From NCBI GenBank assembly GCA_963847705.1, contig CAWKBC010000044.1, positions 32,001 through 96,000 on the forward strand: a stretch of DNA of 64,000 nucleotides. Direction: 5' to 3'. The position numbers and the translations under genes are program-made. Positions 48,972 through 57,288 of the stretch are shown one piece after another. This DNA comes from an uncultured Pseudomonadota bacterium (GTDB lineage: Bacteria > Myxococcota_A > Polyangia > Fen-1088). Under the pieces are notes generated by a model. That model was given only the letters and a program-made list of their open reading frames with translations. It was not told the DNA's origin and ran no database searches. The first letter of the stretch is position 1; each line of letters begins with the position of its first letter.

Positions 48972-50168
48972 GTGAGTTGGACCACGCCCGCCGAGATCGT
49001 GTCGGTGGTCCACCGTCGGTGGACCCGTGGAGATCTGCTCGCGGCTCGCCTCACGGGAGAGGCGCTGTTTCCCATGGTGTTGCCGCTTCGGCGGCCGCAT
49101 TCGTCCCTGGTCGGAGATCGATTCGCGGAGCTGCAGCGCTGGATTCGCACCCTCGAGGGGGAGAGTCGGGAATGCCGCGGGTCCGGATACGGCATCTGCT
49201 GGGTGGAGGTCGAGAGCCGGAGGGCGGGCCGCGTCAGGATCCCCAGCGCGGTGGTCATCCCGTCCGCGGAGGACGCCTTCCAGCTGATCGGCAAGCAGAC
49301 GCAGGCCGCTCGTTTCGAGACGCTGGCGCGTCGGACGCTCAAGCTGTTCCCGCAGCTTCGGGGCTGGCTGAGCAAGAACTCCTTGCGGGCCCTCAGATCG
49401 GCACAGCAGTGGGACCACCTCATCACGCTGGTGGCCTGGTTCGAAGCGCACCCTCGGCCGCAGGTCTATCTGCGGCAGATCGACCTTCCCGGCGTCGACG
49501 TGGCCTTCATCGATGAGCATCGAGCCCTCCTCGCCGACCTGCTGAACGAGGTTCTGCCCGACCAGGCCATCGATCGCGGCGCGACCAACGTCCGGGAGTT
49601 TGAACGACGCTTTGGGCTCCTCTCCGCCCCGCCCCCCATCCGCCTCAGAATTCTCGACTCCCGGCACGCGATCAACGGGCTGACGGACATCACCGCCTCA
49701 GCCGCGCAGCTCGCGAACCTCCCCCTGCCGACCGCCAGGATCTTCGTGACGGAGAGCGAGATCAACGGGCTGGCCTTCCCCGAGACGGCAGAGAGCGTGG
49801 TCCTGTTCGGCTTTCGGTACGACGACGACCGCCTGGCTGAAGTGCCCTGGCTGCGCGACCGGCCGCTTCATTACTGGGGCGACATCGGAGTGCGCGGCTT
49901 CGCCGGCCTCGACCGGATGCGGGCGTCGTTCCCCCAGACCGTCTCCTTCCTGATGGACCGGGGCACCTTCCTCGCTCATCAACGCTCCTGGGTGACGGTC
50001 CCCGACGACGAACGAGCGGCGAGAGACCTCAGCCGACTGTCGCCAGACGAGCTCGCGCTCTTTCACGATCTCGTCGACGGCCGCTTCGGAGCCGGCGTCC
50101 GCCTCGATCAGGAGGACGTCTCTTATCGCTGGCTCCGTCGGACGCTGGAACGGCTTCAGCTTCCTTGA
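48972..50168 (+). CDS. jetD: Wadjet JetD-like protein (DUF3322 + DUF2220/TOPRIM); orphan with degenerate motifs
   Basis: SWTTP..W.RG, YLRQIDLPGVD, TE.EIN.LAFP, YWGDI and RL.QE; GTG 48972 preferred (ATG 48939 possible). Confidence 0.85.
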   Translation: MSWTTPAEIVSVVHRRWTRGDLLAARLTGEALFPMVLPLRRPHSSLVGDRFAELQRWIRTLEGESRECRGSGYGICWVEVESRRAGRVRIPSAVVIPSAEDAFQLIGKQTQAARFETLARRTLKLFPQLRGWLSKNSLRALRSAQQWDHLITLVAWFEAHPRPQVYLRQIDLPGVDVAFIDEHRALLADLLNEVLPDQAIDRGATNVREFERRFGLLSAPPPIRLRILDSRHAINGLTDITASAAQLANLPLPTARIFVTESEINGLAFPETAESVVLFGFRYDDDRLAEVPWLRDRPLHYWGDIGVRGFAGLDRMRASFPQTVSFLMDRGTFLAHQRSWVTVPDDERAARDLSRLSPDELALFHDLVDGRFGAGVRLDQEDVSYRWLRRTLERLQLP

Positions 50169-50383
50169 TTGCGAAACGAAGCGTCGCCGTTGCAAACGAC
50201 AATGCGCGTCCGTGATTTGCGTTAACGGCGCGCGCTCACTCGTCCAGTGGCAGCGCGAATGAACCACAAGAACCTTTTCCTCGAGGACGAAAGAAGCTTT
50301 CACCCGCGGCGGAGATCTCCCTGGGTTCGAGGCGAGAAATCGCCTCCGGCGCGAGGGTACGTTGGTTGCACCGCCGAAACGAC

Positions 50384-51946
50384 ATGCCCCCATTCAAGTC
50401 GCTTGTACGCCTGCTTCGTTGGTTCTGTTTGGCCGGAGCTCTTGCAATGCTCTGGGCCTGTACGTCGCGCACGCTGGAAGCGCCGCAGATCACGCCCACC
50501 GCGACGTTGACGACGAACTTCACACAGAAGATCAACAACGAGATCGACATTCTGTTCATGATCGACGACTCCTCCTCGATGACGTCGATGCAGCAAAAGC
50601 TGCTCCTCCAGCTTCCCACGTTCATGCAGGTGCTGCAGAACCTGCCGACAGGCTTGCCCAGCCTTCACGTGGCCGTCGTGTCGCAGGACATGGGAGCGCC
50701 GAGCGACGTGCAGGACGCCATCTCCTGCACCAGGATGGGAAAAGACGGCGTGTTTCAGTTCGCTCCCGAAGGAGCGTGCACCGGGACCACGCTCACCGCC
50801 GGAAGCACCTTCATCTCCGACGTCGACAACATGCCGAACTTCACCGATCCGATCGGGACGGTGTTCCAGTGCATCGCCCTCCTCGGCGCCAGCGGCTGTG
50901 GCTTCGAGCACCAGTTGGCGGCGATTGACCGAGCGCTCGGGTCCGACGGGCTCGGCCCGGCGCCCTCGCAGAACGCCGGTTTTCTTCGCCCTGAGGCCTA
51001 CCTGGGCATCGTGATGCTCACCAACGAGGACGACTGCTCCGCCCCGGACAACACGACCATCTACTCGCTGAACGGATATCAGCAGAACATCGCCAACCCC
51101 GACGGACCGATCGCCAATTACCGGTGCAACGGCGGGCCGCGCGGCGCGCACTACTGTCAGGACCCCAACAGCGCGAACCCCACGGCCTACGCGACGCCGC
51201 CGCTCAATCCGCCTGCCGACGCCACGGGCAGTCCGCCCCAGCTGCCCCTCGTGGATTGCGAGGACAACGAGAGCGGTTCGAGCGCGCTCACGCCGGTGAC
51301 CCAGTTCATCTCCGACATCAAGTCGCTCAAGACGGACCCCGACAATCAGATTCTGGTCGCCGGAATCATCGCCCCTCCCACGCCATACACCGTCGAATGG
51401 GTGCCGGAGTCGGGCGGAGAGGACACCCAGCCGGGCGAGCTCTGGCCCCAGGTCGAGCACTCCTGCGGCGCGCAGGGTGGCGACGACGTCAACCCAGCAT
51501 CGAGCCAATTCACGACCGACGGAAGCTTCGGGGATCCGGGCGTGCGGGAAGCCCAGTTCCTGGCGGCATTCCCCAACAGCGTCCAGGCGTCGATCTGCGA
51601 TCCCAGCTACGCCGCCTCCATGACCGCCATCGCCACCAAGCTGGGCCAGCTCATCACTCCGCCCTGCATCACGGGGAAGATCCAGAACGACCCCATGGGC
51701 CAGCCGATGTGCTCGGTCATCGAGCACCTGACCGACGCGCAGGGGAACGAGATGGATCTCGCGATCCAGAACTGCGGCGAGAACGGCAACAGCTCTCCCT
51801 GTTGGTCGCTGGCGTCGGGCGGCATGGGGTGCGCGAACGGCGCGCAGCTCACCGTCACCGACACGACGAACGCCAACGCGGCGAGCGAGAGCAGCACGGT
51901 CAGCTGTTCAATCTGTCTGGCCGGCTCGACCCAGCCGGGGTGCTGA
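50384..51946 (+). CDS. Cys-rich vWA-like lipoprotein, paralog 2
   Basis: Lipobox LWAC, DDSSS, and long identical peptide blocks shared with 46600..48165. Confidence 0.8.
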   Translation: MPPFKSLVRLLRWFCLAGALAMLWACTSRTLEAPQITPTATLTTNFTQKINNEIDILFMIDDSSSMTSMQQKLLLQLPTFMQVLQNLPTGLPSLHVAVVSQDMGAPSDVQDAISCTRMGKDGVFQFAPEGACTGTTLTAGSTFISDVDNMPNFTDPIGTVFQCIALLGASGCGFEHQLAAIDRALGSDGLGPAPSQNAGFLRPEAYLGIVMLTNEDDCSAPDNTTIYSLNGYQQNIANPDGPIANYRCNGGPRGAHYCQDPNSANPTAYATPPLNPPADATGSPPQLPLVDCEDNESGSSALTPVTQFISDIKSLKTDPDNQILVAGIIAPPTPYTVEWVPESGGEDTQPGELWPQVEHSCGAQGGDDVNPASSQFTTDGSFGDPGVREAQFLAAFPNSVQASICDPSYAASMTAIATKLGQLITPPCITGKIQNDPMGQPMCSVIEHLTDAQGNEMDLAIQNCGENGNSSPCWSLASGGMGCANGAQLTVTDTTNANAASESSTVSCSICLAGSTQPGC

Positions 51947-51989
51947 GCAAGCCGCTGCGGCCGGCAAGCAACGCGCTCAGCCGAGCATC

Positions 51990-53123
51990 TCAGGGGTTGC
52001 GGGCGCAGTCGTCGGTGACGGCGATGGGCGCGCTGAAGTCGACGACCTCGAAATCGTCGACGGTGATCGCCGAGAACGACAGCGCGGTGACGCCCTGGTC
52101 CGACCACTTGGCGGTCGACGTCCGGTCGTCCGCGAAGGTGAGCGGGATGGTCCCGCCATCGGAGAGGAGCATCCCGAACTTCTTCATCGCCGCGATGATC
52201 ACCTTCTCCGAGGCGTTGTAGCTGGAATCGTCGAAGGCGGCCTTCAGGCGGAAGCGCACACCGTAGGGGGGCGCGTTGGCGTCGGGGCTGCTCGGGCTGC
52301 CGGCATGCGAGGCCGGGTGAACGTAGGTGGCCTTCCGCATGTACGGGTTGGGGAGAATGAAGCGGATCGCGTGGTTGACCGCGCCGGCCGCCACCTCATC
52401 GGCCGTGGGGAGCAGCGCGGCGATGGGAAATCCGCCCGCGTCCGCCGAGGTGCACTGATCGCCTCGCTCGTTGTCGGGGTAGGTCTTGGTGAGGTCCCAG
52501 ATGAACGCGCCGAGAGCGTAAATCCCGCTGCCCTTCTGGGTGGCGTTGTAGAGCTCGTAGAGCCTTTGCTGGCCGGTCTCGACGACCAGGATGTGGCAGT
52601 CGCCCTGCCCGTCGGTGTTGTACGACGTGTCGCAGGTGTAGCTGGTGCTCCCCTCGGCGTTGCCGTTGGCCGGGATCGGCATCTGCAACGGAACTGGATC
52701 GCAATCGGGCCCGCCGTAGCAGTACGCGTATCCGCCCGGCATCGGCCCCTCGATGGTCTCGCGCGGCGTGGACGAATCCGCGAAGAAGAGCGGGATCGAA
52801 AAATCGATCTGCAGCCGCCCGCCGCCCCATCCGCCCGCCTTGTCGAGCGCCCCGATGATGGCGTCCGAGCTCGCGTCCTTGGTGAGACCCGAAACGTCCT
52901 TGGTCCAGGGCTCTGGCTGCGTGAAGAGGCCGCCCACCTCGCCCGCGGCCCCGCCGCTGCCGGTGGCGCCATCGGGCCCGGTGTTTCCGCCCGTCCCTTT
53001 GCTGCCGCCGGTCGCGGTGCTCCCGCCGCCCCCGATCGTTCCGCCGCCGGCGGCGCTCGATCCGCAGCCCGCCGCCAGGACCCCCGCCAGCAGGTACGAC
53101 GTCCAGCGACCTCCACCCATCAT
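51990..53123 (-). CDS. Uncharacterised lipoprotein (TSADA-x-G-x-P family)
   Basis: Lipobox AAGC, Gly tether, GD.H.LV..LYELY, CTSADAGGFPI and HAIRF. Confidence 0.7.
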   Translation of the reverse strand: MMGGGRWTSYLLAGVLAAGCGSSAAGGGTIGGGGSTATGGSKGTGGNTGPDGATGSGGAAGEVGGLFTQPEPWTKDVSGLTKDASSDAIIGALDKAGGWGGGRLQIDFSIPLFFADSSTPRETIEGPMPGGYAYCYGGPDCDPVPLQMPIPANGNAEGSTSYTCDTSYNTDGQGDCHILVVETGQQRLYELYNATQKGSGIYALGAFIWDLTKTYPDNERGDQCTSADAGGFPIAALLPTADEVAAGAVNHAIRFILPNPYMRKATYVHPASHAGSPSSPDANAPPYGVRFRLKAAFDDSSYNASEKVIIAAMKKFGMLLSDGGTIPLTFADDRTSTAKWSDQGVTALSFSAITVDDFEVVDFSAPIAVTDDCARNP

Positions 53124-53290
53124 CGCAATTTCGGCTGATCCCGCCCGGTCCTTGACCGGCGCGGGCGCGCTGGCGTCGTGCTTTTCTTGAGCCGCCGCCC
53201 CCGGCGCGGGGGACCTCCTTTGCAACGCACGATCCTCGTGGCCTTCGAAACCAGGGGCAGCTCCGAGGAACGCTGCCCGGAGGATTCGGC

Positions 53291-55081
53291 ATGGCGCGCG
53301 AAACGATCCGTTGGATAGGTCTGCTCGGTCCACTCACGCTGGCGGCCAGCCTCGGCTGCGCAAATAGCGACTCCGGGGCGGGAAGCACGGGCGCGGGCGG
53401 CACGAGCACGACCGGCAGCGGAGGGAGCTCCGCGACCGGGACCGGCGGTGGAACCGCAACCGGCGGCGCGACGGGCGCCACCGGCGGGAGCAAGGGGACG
53501 GGCGGCGTGGGCACGACCGGGAGCGGCGGAAGCAGCGTGGGGACCGGCGGCACCGGCGCGGGAACCGGTGGTGCAACCGCGACGGGCGGCGGCACCGGCA
53601 CGGGCGGTGCGACGGGCGGCAGCCAGGGGACCGGCGGCGCCGCGACCGGCGGCAACACCGGCACCGGCGGTGCGGGGGGAGCGCCCGGGACGGGCGGCAG
53701 CGCCGGAGGCGGCAGCGGATCGTCCGACTATCCTTATTGCAACTACGGCAGCGTCCCGAGCGGTACGGCGCCGGCGGCCTGGAACGACACGCCGACGCTG
53801 ACGCCGATCGGCACCAATCCGTACGGCAAGCCGACGAACACCATGGCGGTCGGCTACATCCTGCTCAGCTCGGGTCCGACGCTGCCAACGGGCGTGACCA
53901 CCGCGCTCGAGATGTCGTCGCTGATGCGGATCAACGCCGACCTCGAGTACGTGACGCAGTTGACGTACACCCACCTTCCCCCCTGGACCACGGGCGGCGC
54001 GCTGCACTACATCGACTACATCCTGGTCGGCACCGGCCTGCCGAGCGATCCGACCACCGGCGGAGACTCCAGCTACGAGGGTTCGTATCCCGACGTGGAG
54101 ACGACCGGCGTGGCGATGACCGACACCTCACAGCGGTACGACCTCACGCACGAGTTCTTCCACGTGCTGGAAAACTCTTACGGCACCGTCCCCGGGCAAA
54201 AGGTCTCCTGGATTCAGGAGTCGTACAACGACTATCTGATCCTGCGCGTGGCCGAGAACGTCGGCAACGCCACGGCCGGCCAGGCCACGCAGTTCAAGCT
54301 TCCGTCGAACGTCGGCTACCTGGACGCGCTCGTCTATCAGTGGCCGCAGGCGCCGATCGAGAGCTGCGGCATCGAGTCGGACAACACGACCCTCACCGGG
54401 CCGGCCGACTACTTCATGGACAGCACCGGCTTCCGTTACAACGACCTCTTCCCGCTGTTCGTCTCGCAGCGGGTCGGCATGCACTTCTTCGCCGCCGTCT
54501 GGGAGCAGGCCAAGACCAGCGAGCAGATCCTGCAGACGATGACCCGCCTGCTCGACAAGCCGCGGGTGCAGTGCATGGTGCAGGAGTACGCGGCGCGCCT
54601 GGCGCTGGGCGACTTCCTGGAGCTGTCGAGCAGCATCCAGGCGTTCGGCGACGCCAGGATGTACGCCGCCACCACCAGCACGGGCGGCGTCCTGGCGCCC
54701 AGCGACGCGACCAAGCTGCCGCGCTACACCTCGCGCAACAACATCCCCATCACGGTCGCGTCGGGCGCCACCTCGGTCAGCGTGAACTTCATGCCCGACG
54801 CCGCGGGGAGCAAGGGGACCCCCGCGACGATGTCCGCGGAGCTGGTCTACCGCGCCACCGACGGCACCGCCGTCTACGGCCAGCCGGTCGCCACCGGCGC
54901 CGCCTCGATCACCCTCACCAAGCCCCCCAAGAACGGTGTCGTCGTCCTGGTCATCACCAACGTCACGCTGGACGGCTACAAGACCGCGCTCTCCTACGGC
55001 TGGGATCCGAGCGAGACCTTCGGCTACAAGATCCAGATCACCGGCGGGACCGTCGCTCCGACCAACAAGCTCTACTTCTGA
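53291..55081 (+). CDS. Lipoprotein with putative gluzincin metallopeptidase-like domain (DUF6055-like)
   Basis: GGAGG RBS, lipobox SLGC, ~115-aa Gly/Thr tether, HEFFH followed by WIQES. Confidence 0.72.
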   Translation: MARETIRWIGLLGPLTLAASLGCANSDSGAGSTGAGGTSTTGSGGSSATGTGGGTATGGATGATGGSKGTGGVGTTGSGGSSVGTGGTGAGTGGATATGGGTGTGGATGGSQGTGGAATGGNTGTGGAGGAPGTGGSAGGGSGSSDYPYCNYGSVPSGTAPAAWNDTPTLTPIGTNPYGKPTNTMAVGYILLSSGPTLPTGVTTALEMSSLMRINADLEYVTQLTYTHLPPWTTGGALHYIDYILVGTGLPSDPTTGGDSSYEGSYPDVETTGVAMTDTSQRYDLTHEFFHVLENSYGTVPGQKVSWIQESYNDYLILRVAENVGNATAGQATQFKLPSNVGYLDALVYQWPQAPIESCGIESDNTTLTGPADYFMDSTGFRYNDLFPLFVSQRVGMHFFAAVWEQAKTSEQILQTMTRLLDKPRVQCMVQEYAARLALGDFLELSSSIQAFGDARMYAATTSTGGVLAPSDATKLPRYTSRNNIPITVASGATSVSVNFMPDAAGSKGTPATMSAELVYRATDGTAVYGQPVATGAASITLTKPPKNGVVVLVITNVTLDGYKTALSYGWDPSETFGYKIQITGGTVAPTNKLYF

Positions 55082-55121
55082 CGAGCTCGGAACCCTGGGG
55101 AGAGCTCCGCGCCTCCCGCGA

Positions 55122-55622
55122 TCAGGGTCGGGTCATGCGGGCGATGCGCGCGGCGTGCGCCGGATAACGCGCGGCCAGCTCGGGCCCTTGGGCCAGCTCG
55201 AAGTCGGCGAACTCGAAGCCGGGGGCGACGGTGCAACCGATGAGGCAGTGGGAGGCCGCCTCGGCCAGCTCCGCGGCGAACCAGGTCCCGGCGGGGATGA
55301 GGATCTGCGGCCGCTCGCCGGCCGCGACGTTCGTGCCGAGGCGCCGGAGCTCGCCGGGCCCGGTCGGGCCGAGCATCAGCACGTCGAGCGGGCCCCCCTC
55401 GTAGAAATGAAACATCTCGTCGGAGCGCAGGCGGTGCAGGTAGGTCGTCGGCTCCGCCCGGGTGACCAGAAAATAGATCGCGGTCGAAGCCGCGCGAGCG
55501 CCCGCGTGCGGCGGCGCCAGATCGCGGACGGTCAGCGCCGACCGGTAGCTCTCGACGTAGTGGCCGCGCTCCGGATGCGGGGCGAGACCCAGGCTGTCGA
55601 TCAACTCTTGCACGCGGCTCAC
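55122..55622 (-). CDS. Cupin DUF985 family protein
   Basis: L.L.PHPE.G.Y.E, STAIYFL, SDE.FHFY.G and GCTVAPGFEF. Confidence 0.92.
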   Translation of the reverse strand: MSRVQELIDSLGLAPHPERGHYVESYRSALTVRDLAPPHAGARAASTAIYFLVTRAEPTTYLHRLRSDEMFHFYEGGPLDVLMLGPTGPGELRRLGTNVAAGERPQILIPAGTWFAAELAEAASHCLIGCTVAPGFEFADFELAQGPELAARYPAHAARIARMTRP

Positions 55623-55706
55623 GGCATCACCTCCAGCGGCGACTCTGCCACGATCGGAGGCGAATTCGGGAGCCCGCAATGAGCCCGGCAGGTCAGCGTG
55701 GGCGCT

Positions 55707-57167
55707 CTACTTGTACGCCGGTGCGGCCGAGTAGGCGGTGCCGAGGGTGGTCAGCGTTCCGTCGGAGTTGACCAGGTCGAGGTTGGTCGACCAGGGGTAC
55801 CAGGAGTAGCGGGCGACGCGCGGATGGCGCGCGAACACGGCCAGCGCGCCGTTGTAGAAATTCACCACCGTCGGGACGTCGGGCGCGCTGTCGTTCAGGC
55901 AGCCCCACTCGGTGAGCCAGATCGGCCGGTTGCCCGAGAACCCCTCCGCGTACTTGATGTAGCTCTCCAGCTGCGAGGCCGCCGCGTCGCACGAGCCGGC
56001 GTTCCAGCCATACCAGTGAATGGCGATGAAGTCGGCGTGCAGCGTGGTGCTGCCGTTCACCGAGCCCATGAAGCTGGTGAACCAGGTCTGTCCGGTGGAG
56101 TTCGCCTGCGTCGCCGGCGTCCCCAGCTGGATGGCGCTGTTGTTGAAGGAAGGCCAGAGCGAGACCGCCGTCGCGACCGTGATGTTCGACTGGGTGCTGT
56201 TGTCGGGCTCGTTGAAGCCGAGCACGTAGCCGTAGCTCTTGCTCACGAACGAGGAGACCGCGCTGGTGATGGCCGAGGCGGTCACCTCGTTGCTGTGGCC
56301 CCAGATCATGGGGACGAACGGGACGTTGGTGCCGGCGCAGCCGCTGGTCGGGGTCTGCTTCCAGTTGTAGTACCAGGAGACGCCCAGGTGCTGCATGTCG
56401 GCGCAGGCGGTGGGATCGCCGGCGAACCCCTTGAACGGTTGCTGGCCCGCCGCCGGCGGCTCCATCCCGCCACCGACGGTGCAGGTGGCCTGAATCGACA
56501 GGCTCTTGGTGGTCTTGTCGCACGGATCGGTGAAGGCGCCGTTGTTGGCGGGGACCGAGCAGCTGGTGCGCCCGACGCAGAGGGCCTGGACCACCGCCAT
56601 CGACGACGAAGCGTTGCACGAGCCGGTCGCGAAGCTTCCGCACGAGCCGGTGGGCGTCCCGAAGCTGGCGAAGGTGATCTTGTCGATGGTCTGACCGGTC
56701 GGACAGGTGACCGTCACGCTGGCGTTCTCGGCGCCGCTGCCGCAGACGCTGGTGCCGCCGGGCGAGCCGGCGCCGCCACCGCCAGTGCCGGGTGATCCCC
56801 CGGTGGCGAGCGCGCCGCCCGTACCCGCGGCGCCAGCCTTGCCGCCGCTGGCGGTGCCGCCCGTTCCGGTGACGCCGCCGGTGGCCCTCACGCCGCCCGC
56901 GCCAGCACCCCCTGGCGCGCCGCCCGTGCTCGCGCCACCGGTGCCGGTCTGGGAGCCGCCGGTGCCGGTGATGCTGCCACCGGTGCCGGTCAGAGAGCCG
57001 CCGCTGCCGTTGCCGCCGCTCCCACGCGCGTCACCACCCGAGCCGCTGGTCGTCGACACGCCTCCGGTCCCGGATCCCTCGGTGCCACCATTCTGGTTGC
57101 TGCAACCGAGCATCAGCGCGAGGGCGCCGAGACCAATGCAGAGCGGAGCGGAGCGGCGTCGGTCCAT
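55707..57167 (-). CDS. GH128-type (beta-1,3-glucanase) lipoprotein with an internal SUEL/Gal-lectin domain
   Basis: Lipobox MLGC, Gly tether, 8-Cys lectin (FASFGTP.GSC..DPC), WYYNW, FVPMIWG, GFNEPD and IWLTEW. Confidence 0.87.
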   Translation of the reverse strand: MDRRRSAPLCIGLGALALMLGCSNQNGGTEGSGTGGVSTTSGSGGDARGSGGNGSGGSLTGTGGSITGTGGSQTGTGGASTGGAPGGAGAGGVRATGGVTGTGGTASGGKAGAAGTGGALATGGSPGTGGGGAGSPGGTSVCGSGAENASVTVTCPTGQTIDKITFASFGTPTGSCGSFATGSCNASSSMAVVQALCVGRTSCSVPANNGAFTDPCDKTTKSLSIQATCTVGGGMEPPAAGQQPFKGFAGDPTACADMQHLGVSWYYNWKQTPTSGCAGTNVPFVPMIWGHSNEVTASAITSAVSSFVSKSYGYVLGFNEPDNSTQSNITVATAVSLWPSFNNSAIQLGTPATQANSTGQTWFTSFMGSVNGSTTLHADFIAIHWYGWNAGSCDAAASQLESYIKYAEGFSGNRPIWLTEWGCLNDSAPDVPTVVNFYNGALAVFARHPRVARYSWYPWSTNLDLVNSDGTLTTLGTAYSAAPAYK

Positions 57168-57288
57168 AGGACAACCTCCGGGGGGACTGGCGGCAGTCTA
57201 CTGCATTCCGCGTCCGGTCTTTCGCAACTTCCGGAAGGAGGCACGACGCACTCCGGCTTCCCGTGTCGCGTGGGGTAACCTCACGAAA

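Noticed and set aside
48939-50168. Functional Wadjet defence system
   Set aside because: No jetA, jetB or SMC-like jetC in the window, and the JetD catalytic motifs are altered.
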